This document shows, piece by piece, positions 11,226 through 23,656 of a stretch of 64,000 nt of DNA. The translations under genes and the position numbers were made by a program. Under the pieces are notes generated by a model. It was not told the DNA's origin. It ran no database searches and saw only the letters and a list, made by a program, of their open reading frames with translations. The stretch comes from Chiloscyllium plagiosum. Lineage: Eukaryota. Every line of letters begins with the position of its first letter. Positions within the stretch are counted from its first letter, which is position 1. The DNA lies in the NCBI RefSeq assembly GCF_004010195.1, contig NC_057720.1, forward strand, positions 34,654,453 through 34,718,452. Reading direction: 5' to 3'.

Positions 11226-13416
11226 TCCTTTAATCAGTGGCAATCTTCTGTATGTAAGGCAGCCTGTAAACTTAGCCATTTTACATAGTATTATCTATGG
11301 TGTACATATACTCACTTATATGTGACTCTTTTTTTACAAAGCATAAAATTGTAGTGCCAATTGGAATGGATAAGTGGATACCAATATTGTTTCTGATGAT
11401 TGTGCAAAACAGGAGATAGCAAATTGACAGCTAATTTACATTATCTCTTATTGCACTTGCAACACATAGAATTCTAAAGGACTTGACAGGGTAGGGTTAA
11501 TGTTAGGTCACTGAGAGGCCATTTCCCTGATTGGAGATTCCGGAACCAGTGATCACAGTTTCAGGAAAAGAGGTCTTTTTGAAAGGAGTACAAAATATGT
11601 TGCCAATTCACGAAGACCCATTTATTCATGTTAGTTTCCAAAAAAAATGTTTTGCAGCTGGTCTAGTTTTTGGCTTTGGTTAGAGGTATGACATCTGAAT
11701 GTACGCTTCTGCCTTGCTATTTCTTAAACTTGCCTTTCTGGATTTTCTCCTTGTCTAGATAAATTATCACAATTGAAAGTTCCAATGGTTTGGGTCACCT
11801 TCATTGTTTGCGGTGTTCTGGTTATCTGCTGGAAGGACAAAAGCACAAATCAAGACAAGCTCAAAAGCAAATTGATGCTCATCAACTACAGGCATCTTTG
11901 TTGGCCTACACACACCCACAGGATGGAAGACAATAATATATGCAAAGGTTTTTTTCCATTGTAAAGTAGCTGAAGCAAGGTGACCAGTACACTGCTCAAA
12001 GCTCTGCATCAAAAATATGTGCACTCATGACATGAAGGGAATTTTGCTTCTTGGAAGTACTAGATGATTCAGAAAAGTAGCAGCATTACCCATGGCTAGG
12101 TGTGTGCCACCATGATGGTCAATGGCTACTTCAGTTTGGCAACAAGAGCTCACACTAAAAACAACAGCCCACAGTAAAATCTGATAATCAGTTCATAGAC
12201 AGCACTTATGGGAGAACTTCCCATTCCTTGATTTGTCTTTTTAGCCAGAAATGCATCACTTGAAGTTATTGCATCCCCAGTAAATTTGGTTTGCTGCATT
12301 GTAATCATCTTCCATCATTGGAAAGTGATATGTCATGAGTGCACAGTTGGTGTAGTTTGTATGATATACAGGGCATTATAGCAGCTCATCAAGCTTCAGA
12401 AGGACCTCCCAACCAGACCAAGTTAATTTCCAAGGAGATGAGAACGGCAAGTTAATGGCAAACTCAAAGGGCTGAATTTTATAGAATTTGGTGAAGCATC
12501 AATTTCAGGGAGTCCCGTGGATGGTTGTTCACCGTGGCTCTTTGCGACTTTATTCATGCTATTCTCCGCAGCTCACTTCATTAGCTGTGCCTCACACATC
12601 TTCGGTGCCCCGTTTGCACTACCTGTTGCTTAGGAATGGCATAAGGACTCACCACTGTTAGGACTGCCTGGGATTCTCAGCACTGGAATAGCTTTTAATG
12701 TTAAGACATGCAACAGGTCAAGCTTTGCCAGCCAGGAGTTGCACTTCACAGTCCTTGTAGCGTGAGGGGAACAAAAACTAAATGCTGCCAAAGGCACATC
12801 CATGGTACAGCTAACGCTTCTTCACATTGGTAACAGTATTGTTATCTTACAAGTTCATTTGTATGATCAACTGCTGCCTATAAAAACTCTCCTAAATAGA
12901 TTACCTATGCTTAGTGCCATTGCATCTTAAAATACTGTCAAAAGTCGTGTTTCTCTTTCTCTAATGCCCAGCATAACATAACATCTCCTCATTGTTCAAT
13001 GTGGGAGCAGCACATACTGGAAAGCCTACAATGATTGAAAATCTTTCATTCAACAATAGCGAAAACATATCGACAAACAAAGAAAAGCTGCATTTGTTTC
13101 TGGGAACAGACAGGGACTGTTTGCCTTTTGTTAAAAAAAAAATGAATGATTGTACCTTGTTCAAATCTCTTGGAGCTGATTACCAATTAAGTCCTGTCTG
13201 GCTGTGTTATGCCTGACATTGCACCGCTCTATCATGCTGAAGATGATGTACTTTCTGCTTAATTTCTTCACCTTTCTCCTTGAATGATTGCTGCTGCTCT
13301 CCTAACTCTGTAGATGTGATCACATCCCCTTGTTGCTTGCTTCAGTTAAGCAGTGCACAGCAAGCTCAGATTATGCAGCACCCATCTAGATGGACTGTAC
13401 TGCCTGAACCCCTCTC

Positions 13417-13463
13417 CACACGCACTCACACGCGCGCACAAACACACGTGCGCACACAGACAG
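13417..13463. repeat. Imperfect (CA/CG)n alternating purine-pyrimidine tract
   Basis: cacacgcactcacacgcgcgcacaaacacacgtgcgcacacagacag. Confidence 0.8.
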
Positions 13464-14159
13464 ATTCAAACATCAGAATGTCACCTTCAGTAGGATGATT
13501 GTCTGCTCCATAGTAGCCCTGGTTGAAGATTGGACAGCATTGTATCTATGTTGGCCTCAGGAGGTCATCAACCATGGTTGGGGAAAATAGCCCCTGTCTC
13601 CTTTTCATTCTTCTTGTAAAATTTTGAGCCTTGAAACTGAGTAGGAGCAGGGGAGTTCTCAAAAGTATAGGCATCATTGCTGCTCCTGCGGCTCCTGGAG
13701 AAAGAAAACAAATCCTTCATAACGTGAGCATTTAGCATCCACATCACTCACAAATGGCGGTTTAGCATAGTCCTGCATAGAGTAGGACTACATGGAGGAC
13801 CGATGGAAAATTTATACATGGAACTTTGGCAACAGGGACATTATTCCAATATATGCAGCACAAGTCACATCACACAAATAGAGTAGGAGATTGTAAGTGC
13901 AGTGTGATCATTGATATCTTGTCCTCCACATTACCCAAGAAAGGCAACATTGCATATAACAGCATGTTACTGCATAGGATTCAAAGTAATGGGAAATCGG
14001 TTGCATGCTGTTTTGCAGACTGTAAGATTTTGGATTGTGTGTGTGAATTGTGGTCTGCTGGTGAAACTTTTAAGGTCACCTGGGATTAATTCTGTTTCAC
14101 AATGATTGTGATCACTTTGTAATGATCAATGACCATGATTTGTATCACACAAATTTTCG

Positions 14160-14257
14160 AATCACCCTATTTAGAAGATGTTATTACACACCTCTACTTA
14201 AACCCTGGTCTCCTGGCTCAGAGCTAGGGGCACTACCGCAGCAGCACATTAGCCCCT
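14160..14257 (-). mobile_element. Short tRNA-headed SINE-like repeat (second copy at ~33395-33495 on +)
   Basis: Reverse strand has A-box-like gcggtagtg and B-box-like gggtttaag, followed by gaggtgtgtaataacatc; similar sequence at 33395-33495. Confidence 0.45.
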
Positions 14258-16204
14258 GATTTGTATCCCACACAGTTGGACATTGTATACATTTCACATG
14301 AATCATACTATAAGTGTGGATAACTTCAATCTGTATTGTGAAAGTGCCTGATTATTGAAATTACCCCTCAAAGGGCTTCACATTGCTCAGAGAGAGAAAT
14401 AAATACTTATTCTGCCAACTCTGGTGTGGTTGCAACCATTTTCCATTTCATTGCATATTTATGATTCATGTAAGGATGGAAGGCAATGCAGGCTACACTT
14501 GGCAAAGTGAGTTGCAGGCTCAGCCTGGTAATCAGTAGCTCCCTCTCAAGGTCTTTTCTTCCTTGCACTCCTCATTGATTCCATTAGTACTGAGATTCAT
14601 CTTCCAACATTGCCCCTGCATTCCAGCCCTACAGCTTGGCCATGCCAACCTTCATGCTGCACTATTTTCCCCCCTCAAAGTCAGGGTAATTGTGATTATT
14701 GTACACGACCCCCTCCCTCCCCCCCAAAAACTTATTTTGTCCAATGCACTATCATCTTCCACTCATGTGTTGAGTTGCTTCCTGTCATAATTATTACTGC
14801 CCTCAACATCTCAATATGCTGCCTCCAATCCCCGCAATTGATTTTCCCAAACTCCCTACCACAGCAGTGGCTCTTGACAGCCCCTCTTGAGATTCATTGA
14901 GCTGACCCCAGGATTAAGTGGTGGCCCATTGCCTTGACCAATGTGGAAAGGCAGTCCAACCCTAGCTATTAGTGAGCTGGCTATTGACTGATTTCTCTGA
15001 CTGACTTGCCATGATTTCCGGGCCTATTGAACTGGATCTGCAGGATTGAATGATTGTGGCCATTCCCAAGCTGTCGTAATACAGGACCCTTGACCCTGAG
15101 GATTTACTGTGCTGGCATCCCCTAGCTGAAGGCTGTCTCCCTTGACCTGACTGACGACAGCTCACTTTAAACGTTGAGTCATGGTCTTTAGGCTGAAGCA
15201 TTTGAAGTGTGTTTGCCACTTTAGCTGCTGGTATATGGTGTAGGTGTAACAATGACATTGCGTAGCATGGTGCCATACAGCAACATGTCCACTCCTTTGA
15301 CTGACCACTGCTGATAACCGTGACAAGCTGCCTAGCTTTGTGTTTGTGCTAAACAGTAGAACAAGACAGAAGTAGCCTAGGCTTTTAAATTTTGAATGAA
15401 GCAGAAAAACACAAAAGGCAAGGCAAAATAGTAATGATTTGAGGATCCAATAGATGCAAAGTGAGTACGTGCAAAGAGAGCAAGTGAGGAGCTTTCACAC
15501 CCTTATTTGTTCCATCACAGTTTTGCATTTATCGGTTCATCTAAACTCTGAGCAATTTATTTAGGGACTGAGTTACAGATTGCCAGTAAAATAGTACAAG
15601 GAAAAGATCCATTACCTAGTCGGCATGGACCAGTTTGGACCAAAGGGCCTGTTGCCGTGCTGTAGGACTCTTTCACTCCATGATTCTATCTCCTCATCTC
15701 AACTGGGCAACAAATATCAACTTGTCAGCATGACCTTCATTCCAGGAGCAAATTAAAAAACTGCATTTAATTTAAATACTCCAAGGTACTCAATGCTCAG
15801 TCGATAACCTTCCTTTTTTTAACATACCATTTCAGGAATTTGTGTTCTATCTTTCGACAGCACATTGCAGCACCAGTGCACTCTTACCAATTCGATGATT
15901 TGGGCAGCGCTGTTTTTTCAGGGATGCTGGCCATGGGATAAGACATGTGATCCCATTTGCCTCTTCTGATGATTATATTACATATTAAAGATTCCAGAGA
16001 CAATTTAAAGAAAAGTGGGATGTTTTCGTGATGTGGTGGCCGTAATTCATAATTCAACCAGCATTGCCAAGCACAATTTACTGGCCAAAAAAAGGAATTG
16101 CTGGATAAACTCAGCAGATCTGACAGCATCTGTGGAGAGAAATCAGAGTTAATGTTTTGGTTCGGGGACCCTTCCTCAGAATCAGTCCCGAAACTTTAAT
16201 TCCG

Positions 16205-16480
16205 CATTGTCAGCATTGCTGACTAGGACGGTATATTTTACCCATTCCTAATTGCCTCAAGTCCATGTTGTATTGGTACACTCAGTGCTGTAGCAAGGGG
16301 AATAACAGGATTTTCTCTCAGAAACAATAAAAGAATATTCCAAGTTCCAAATCAGATGGTGTGCGGCCTGCGAGGGAACTTATGGATGGTGTTGCTCCCA
16401 TGTTGGCCTTGTGGGTTCAGTTGGTAGTGGTTGTGTGTTTGAAAGGTACTGTTGAAGAAGTCTTTTTGAAATATTTTAAA
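16205..16480 (-). mobile_element. Degraded 3' end of the ORF1-less CR1-clade LINE family
   Basis: cccattcctaattgcc tail and atggtgtgcggcctgcgagggaactt resemble 34045-34290 and 51958-52195. Confidence 0.55.
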
Positions 16481-17383
16481 AAGTTCTTTGGATACAGAGT
16501 TGTTTGTAAACACTAATCTTTCCTTTGTACTTACCAGGTGGCTTTCTTGTCTGTAGACAGTATTGAACACAGGGAGGGTGACGATTTTGTAAAATGTTTG
16601 CAAAGTTTAAGGATGATGAAGTTTCATTTTAGTTTTCATTTCATTCTTTTGCCGTATATGTTAAAGAGAAGTAAATTAAAGCAGCTGAACTAAGCCTGTC
16701 ACTAAATAGACTTGCCTTCAATTGTTTCAGTGCCTTGGGGATGATATGAGAAGTTCTCAGGAGATCCTTTCAAAGCACATATTGCAAAACACTGTCAGTA
16801 CATTATGTTTGGAAGCAAATGGTCTACATGCAATCTGGGATGATTGACATTTGTTTCCAGAGCACTAACTTGCATGAAGGGAAGTACTGCAATATTAGCG
16901 TAAGTAATATTTCAAATGTTAATATTCGTACACACAGGAGTTCTCAGCTCCAGCTCTATGCAGACATTTCACTGTGAATGTTTCGTATACATCTGACAGA
17001 TAAACATTAGCAGTTTTTAAATAAAAGATATTCTCCCAAAGGAATGTTCATTTGATGATACCCTTTCCGTGACCTTCTTTGCCTGAACATTTCAGAACTA
17101 AATTATCCAAATCATGATTTTCTAACCCACCGTAACTAGAATTACATTCTATGGGAGTTCAAATATAGTGCTTAAACTGTCAGACACATTGGCAGTAAAG
17201 TGTGACAGTTTGGGCTCTTTTGCAACTTTTGCTTACATTTCTCGGGCCCATCCATGTCTTTTGTCAGGAAATCAAATCCCCTATGAATATAAACCTGTAT
17301 CTTTATTTGTGTAGTGTTTGGGTAGTATGGAGAGTAGAATTTTCTTCAATAACAAGTCAGAATTCATTTTTAACAAACAAATG

Positions 17384-18185
17384 AACTAGAGGCAGTAGTA
17401 GTCAATTCAGCCCTTCGAGCCTGCTTCACCATTCAGTACAATAATGACTGATTTCATCTTGGTCTTAGTTCAACTTTCCTACCCTCTCTCTGTGACCCTT
17501 CAAACTGCTACTAGTTAAAAATCCATCTAGATCCTCCCTCAATTTTTTTAGATTACATTACAGTGTGGAAACAGGCCCTTCGGCCCAACAAGTCCACACC
17601 GACCCGCCAAAGCGCAACCCAGCCAGACCCCTACATTTACCCCTTACCTAACAGTCCGGGCAATTTAGCATGGCCAATTCACCTGACCTGCACATCTTTG
17701 GACTGTGGGAGGAAACCGGAGCACCCGGAGGAAACCCACATAGACACGGGGAGAACGTGCAAACTCCACACAGTCAGTCGCCTGAATCGGGAATTGAACC
17801 CGGGTCTCTGGTGCTGTGAGGCAGCAGTGCTAACCACTGTGCCACCGTGCCACCCACTCCGTGTCCTGGTGCCCACTACATCTGGAGTAATGAATTCCGC
17901 AGATTCTTCTTCATCTTTGTTTCAAATCAGTCATCCCTTATCCTAAAACTATGACCTCTTATTTAGATTGTCCTACAAGGGCAAACATTTGCTCTACATC
18001 TACTTTGTTTGTCCTCTTATGCATCTTATATACCTCGTTTAGATTTCCTCTCGTTCTTCTAAACACTAACAAGTGTAGACCTAAATTTTTCAATCTCTCC
18101 TTATAAGATAAGCCTTTCATCCCTGGAATTAATCTAGTGAACCTTCTCTGAAATGCCTCAAATGCAATTACATCCAAAAAATGCA
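17384..18185 (-). mobile_element. CR1 3' fragment interrupted by a V-SINE
   Basis: ORF 17959..18186 reads FQRRFTRLIPGMKGLSYKERLKNLGL; CR1 3' UTR at 17384-17545. Confidence 0.85.
17548..17853 (-). mobile_element. V-SINE (HE1-like tRNA-derived SINE), well preserved
   Basis: Minus strand: tRNA head ggtggcacagtggttagcactgctgcctcacagc...gggttcaattccc, V-domain gtgtggagtttgcacgttctccccgtgtct...ggtttcctcccacagtccaaagatgtgcagg, and CR1-like tail gggccgaagggcctgtttccacactgtaa. Confidence 0.93.
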
Positions 18186-18241
18186 ATATTTAAGAAGCAG
18201 ATAGATGAGTACTTAAAACACCTGGGCACAGTAGGTTATGG

Positions 18242-18381
18242 TTGAGAGTGTGTTGCTGGAAAAGCACAGCTGGTCAGGCAGCATCTGATGCTCCTGCTCC
18301 TCGGATGCTGCCTGACCTGTTGTGCATTTCCAGCAACACACTCTCGACTCTGATCTCCAGCATCTGCAGACCTCACTGTCT
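18242..18381. mobile_element. Penelope-derived mini-hairpin insertion with 15-bp TSD
   Basis: ~42-bp near-perfect inverted arms; flanked by cacagtaggttatgg (18227-18241) and cacagtagggtatgg (18382-18396). Confidence 0.85.
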
Positions 18382-18704
18382 CACAGTAGGGTATGGACCA
18401 AATGCAGATAAATGGAATTAGTGTAGTTGGGGGCTTGTTGGTGGTATTAACATGGTGGGCCAAAGTTAACATTTCAAGCCTGGTATGACCCTTCTTCAGA
18501 AGTGGAAGTCAGAGCCTTTACCTGGCAGCTGTAATTTGCCAATATCTGTTCTGGGCTTCCATGTTGGTCATTGTTCTCCAACATCTCAGGGCACATTCCA
18601 TGGGCAGTGATCACCTGCACCATCCAATTATGGAAGTTGGCATCAACAAAGTGTAAGCCTTGCCACATCATCATGGCTGATCTCAGACTAACTGATAATA
18701 TAGT

Positions 18705-18891
18705 GCAGGTCAGGCAACATCCAAGGAGCAGGAAAATCAACATTTTGGGCAAAAGCCCTTCATCAGGAATGAAGGGCTTTTTCCCGAAACGTTGATTTTC
18801 CTGCTCCTCAGATGCTGCCTGACCTGCTGTGCTTTTCCAGCACCACTCTAATCTAGACTCTGATCTCCAGCGTCTACATCCTCACTTTTGC
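18705..18891. mobile_element. Penelope-derived palindromic insertion with perfect 17-bp TSD
   Basis: ctaactgataatatagt at 18688-18704 and 18892-18908; the insert is two back-to-back family A terminal-repeat pieces joined at the hammerhead region. Confidence 0.9.
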
Positions 18892-19199
18892 CTAACTGAT
18901 AATATAGTTCACCACTTCAACACTGTGCTTTGGAGCTTGTTGACAGCTGATATTGCAATGTTCCTGCCAGGCTGTTTTGGGTGTAGGGAAACACGGGAAC
19001 CTGAGTAGGATACATTTCTGGGCTTTTAGCTTGTTTTCTTACCACTCATTCATTTTACATTTACTTGACTATTCACAGCATCTCTGCTTAGCCTTGCCCT
19101 TTTGCGCTTTGCCGCTTCATGAAGAACTCTCAAGCTCACAGTAATTCTGTCCTGCTTTGACTTTTAACACAGATAGTAAACTAGCCACCTCACTATGGT

Positions 19200-20057
19200 A
19201 AGGAGAAAGTGAGGACTGCAGCTGCTGGAGATCAGAGTCGAGAGTGTGGCACTGGAAAAGCACAGCAAGTCAGGAACATCCGAGGAGCAGGAGAGTCAAC
19301 ATTTCAGGCATAGGCCCTTCATCAGGAATGAGGCTTGTGGGCCGGGGGTTGCTGAGTAATAAATAGGAGAGGGGTGGGTGGCTGTTGGGGGAGGGTAGCT
19401 GGGAATGCGATAGGTAGATGAAGGTGGGGGTGAAGGTGATAGGTCGGAGAGGAGGATGGAGCGGACAGATGGGAAAGACGATGGACAGGTCAAGAGGGTG
19501 GTGCCGAGTTGGAAGCTTTGGACTGGGATAAGGTGAGAGGAGGGGAAATAAGAAAACTGGTGAAATCCACATTCATCCCATATGGTTGCAGGGTCCCAAG
19601 GCAGAAGATGAGGTGTTCTTCCTCCAGGCATTGTGTGTTTAGGGTTTGGTGATGGAGGAGGCCCAGGACCTGCATGTTTTTGGTGGAGTGGGAGGGGGAG
19701 TAGAAGTGTTCAGCCACCGAGCGGTGGATTTGATCGGTGCAGATGTCCCAGAGATGATCTCTGAAACGATATATTTCCCTCCCAACTCTACCGGCATTTC
19801 GGATAGACCATTCCCTCTGTGACTCTCTCGTCAGATACACTCCCTCACCCCACTCCCGGCACCTTCCCCTGCCACCGTAGGAAGTGCAAAACCTGCGTCC
19901 CCACCTCCCCTCTCACCTCCATCCAAGGCCCCAAAGGATCCTTCCACATCAGACAGAAATTTACCTGTACCTCATTAATGTCATCTACTGTATCCATTGC
20001 ACCCAATGTGGTCTCCTCTAACATCAGGGAGACAGGACACCAACTTGTGGATCATTG
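19200..20057. mobile_element. Penelope-like element with internal inversion (3' part on -, upstream GIY-YIG part on +)
   Basis: Minus 19200-19770 reads RFRDHLWD..VAEHFYSPSHS..LEEEHLIF followed by the pLTR. Plus 19771-20057 reads GTFPCHRRKCKTC..QKFTCTS..ETGHQLVDH. Confidence 0.9.
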
Positions 20058-21271
20058 ACAGCCTTTAGCTTTGTGACTCATTAGTCTTGGTAGTAGTTGT
20101 AACTTGAGCTCTGAACTATTCAGATAGACGAATAACTTTTAGGATAATGTATTTTCACAACTACAATATTGATATCAGCCTTTAATATCCACTTTTGTGT
20201 CTAGATAGCTGTTACAATGAATGGTCACACTAACCCCTTGCTGCTGCCATGATATGCTTCATGGTTTTCTATAGTTTAGTCTGGGTAGCAGATGTCACAA
20301 GGAGTTCGGTTTTTGTTGAGACGATGCCTTACTGTTTAAACAGTGACAATAGCTTTCACACATAATCTATTTTTGATACTTACTAATATTACTGTACGTT
20401 ATGTACACATTGCCAACTAAAGACATTGTACTTTATACATGACACCAAAAGGTTGGCTGAAATTAAGGGAGGGTCAAAGGTTGGAATTTTAGGGAGTGAG
20501 ATAATGAGGAGATTTAAAGGAGAGAAGGTTAGCATCTGACTTGAGAGAATCTTTAACAGTGTTAGCTAGTATCGGGATCAAAAAGGGAAGTTAAGTGATT
20601 AGTAGGTTAATGTGAATATGATCAAGGGCACAGGGAGTGGGTCTCATGGATAAGATGAGAGAAATCAAAAAAGATCCAAGTCCAGTGCTTGGCAAGGAGG
20701 AGCATTGAAGTAATGTTGACGAGACGGGGTATTGTCTTGTGGTAGAGGCAGCCAAACAGAGTGTTTCAGTTTTAGTGACAAAAGAGTCCATTAACTCTTT
20801 GCTCCTGTTGTTGTTATCTTGACTAGGATATTACATACATTCTACATTCTATAACACATGCAAACACAAAACACTGCACATGTTGGAAACCTGAAATTTA
20901 AAAGAGAACATAAAATACTGGAAATACTTAGCTGGTTTGGCAGCATCTGTGAAGAGAGAAACAGGCTGAGCATTTCAGATTGTAGACCTTCCATCAAAAC
21001 TGTTCTGACTGCTGGGTATTTTAAAGTTAATGAGGAAAGTTTTTTTTCAGTAACTCACATTTACCCATATTCTGTGCTCATAACAGCTCACTGACATTAT
21101 GAATAGATGTCCTCTGGCAGTGACATGGGTGGAGAATGTGGACACATGGTTGTCAATCAGCTGCATTATAAAAATAGCCCTGCATGCATGTCTACATGTG
21201 CCAACTTCTGAAAAAAAAATGATCATATAGTGATTCCTGTAAAAGAGACTTAAAGTGCAGATAGAAACACA

Positions 21272-21855
21272 TCGCTGAGCTGGAAGGTTTGTTTTCAGAT
21301 GTTTTTATACTAGGTAACATCATCTGTGAGCCTCTGGTGAAGCACTGGTGGCATGGCCCACTTTTTATTTATGTGTTCAGGTTTCCTTTGGTTAGTGACA
21401 TCATTTCCTCTGGTGATGTCATTTCCTTCTTTTTATCAGGGGTGGTAAATGGGATCGAAGTCAATGTGTTTGTTGTTAGAGTTTCAGTTGGAATGCCATG
21501 TTTCTAGGAATTCTCGTGTATGTCTCTGTTTGGCTTGTCCTCAGATAGGTATGTTGTCCTAGATGAAGTAGTGTCCTTCCTCATCTGTATGTAAAGATGC
21601 TAGTGAGAGTGGGTCATGTCTTTTTGTGGCTAGTTGATGTTCATGTATACTGGTGGCTAGTTTTCTGTCTGTTTGTCCAATATAGTAAACACATAAGTAA
21701 AAAGTGGGCCATACCACCAGTGTTTCAACAGAGTCTCACTGATGATGTTACCTAGAATGGTGATGAAACGTCTGAAAACAAACCTTCCAGTTCAGCAAGC
21801 AAACCTACATCCAGAACCTCGACTCGAGCTACAAATCTTCTCAAAACTCACTCAC
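21272..21855. mobile_element. Penelope family B remnant: GIY-YIG C-terminus on - with inverted terminal repeats
   Basis: Minus 21440-21690 translates YYIGQTDRKLATSIHEHQLATKRHDPLS..REFLETWHS (with stops); 21272-21380 and 21687-21800 are inverted copies. Confidence 0.85.
21735..21776 (+). ncRNA. Minimal hammerhead ribozyme motif (family B)
   Basis: ctca-CTGATGA-t-gttacc-tagaat-ggtgat-GAAAC-GTC-tgaa; 6-bp stem II with G-U pairs. Confidence 0.75.
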
Positions 21856-23656
21856 ATCAATGGAAATTTATGAGACATAGTCAGAGAAAATGCCATGAAA
21901 TATGTAAACCTAAAATTCTTACATGTTTATCTGCAGACTACTGTCTTAAGAGACTCAAGAATAAAAAGTCAATTTGTTTTAAGAGGTTAGTGATTCACTA
22001 GTATAGTGAGAGATATCGTTTACTATAATTTGGTGATTAAGTGAATGACTGGTAGTGTCATTATAGTATATCCCCTACTAAATTTACATTGACGTTCAGA
22101 ATTGAAACAGATTTCCTCTGCTCTCCAAAATATTTATAAATCTCTTCTACAGCCAGTTATGCACCATCTGCAATATGAAGTACACACCCATTCCCTTCAC
22201 CACCCCACTCATTTCTCCACCCCAACTTTCTCATCACATACCTTATGCCTCATATTAATCAGCATTTGTGTTGTTAATCTGTTCCTACCTGATTAAGGAC
22301 CATGGATTATTAATTATTAATTATTTTAAATCAGAATATGACAAAAGACAATTCTTCCCATCAATAGATCCTGTGATATTTTTAAACTTGACTAAGTAAT
22401 AAAAGGAAAGTGAAAACATCCACAGTTGTTAATATATATGGAAAATATCAGAACAAAAAGTGAAACTATAGTTACAACTTAATTCTTGTACAACTGCTGA
22501 GGAACAAAAGAAAATAATGTAATATTTCACCTTTTGACTTTAAGGAAATCACCTGTGCAAATACTCTCACAATTGTAAGTCAGATTTAAATCTGTCACTG
22601 AGCATGAAGCTTGCAATGCAAGGATATGGAAGACTCAGAACATAGCACTGAATGGAGGTGATTTAGCTCACAAAGCCTGCTCCGGTTAACTAAACCTAAG
22701 TATTTGCTTCATTTATGTCTTTTGTGAATTCTACAGTGGTGAACAAGTAGGTGAATGGATATATTGAAGGTATCTTTTTAACCTAAGTTCATTTGCCTGT
22801 GCAGCCCTCCATGTCACTATTGACTCAGTTTTCCCGTCTGATGGCTTTAAAAGTATTAATCTTCAAAGAATGCCCCCTTCTCTGCATGTTGATGTGAATA
22901 TGTTTAAAGAAGAAGTCTTTTCATTACTTTGTCTGGGTGCCAAGTTTTGTTTGAAATACGAAGAGCTACATTTATCTATGTGAGAGAAGTTCTTTAAAAA
23001 TTAAATCAAAGGGAGAATGTCATTATTGCAAATCCTTGGAGATTATACTTATGTGTTTGCATTGATCTCAGAAGCACAACAATGACACAGTTAACTGATG
23101 TACTCAAAGTCTGACCTATACCTCAGTATTACCAGTTCCACCATTGCTTCTAGTTTACAAATTTTCTATGTCCAACTTAATCACTCAACTTACACAAATG
23201 AGTTCCAAGCACATGTCTGACTTCATGTGTTAGAGTTCTAGCATCAATGGGAAGCTTAGCTATAACATTTTCCAGTATCAGGAATGATCAATTTCAGAGA
23301 CTTTATATCAGCTGCAATTTTGATTATAATTTTTATGCAAAAACAGAAAATGCTTGGATTAGAACCCAGGCCATTAATATTTAAAAATAAGATTATTTAG
23401 CCTTTAGTAAAGCTAAGAAGTAGAAGAGCTAAAACCAAAGCAGCTAAAGAATGAAAAAGTTGACTTAATTTACTTCAGGCTGTCTCTCAAAGATGCTACC
23501 TATCAAATCCACTGCTCCACCTTCATGTAGGTTAGTGGAATAAGCTTTAGCATGATTTGGCGCTTAAACATGAACCTACTGCTTTGTCCATGTGTAGATC
23601 CTGCTGTGGGAGTGTCAGCTTTCCACATGGAGTAAATGGCCTTATTACAATATACG

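Noticed and set aside
17563..17946. 127-aa ORF or tRNA gene
   Set aside because: Read-through of a V-SINE; the tRNA-like head continues into SINE body rather than forming a standalone tRNA.
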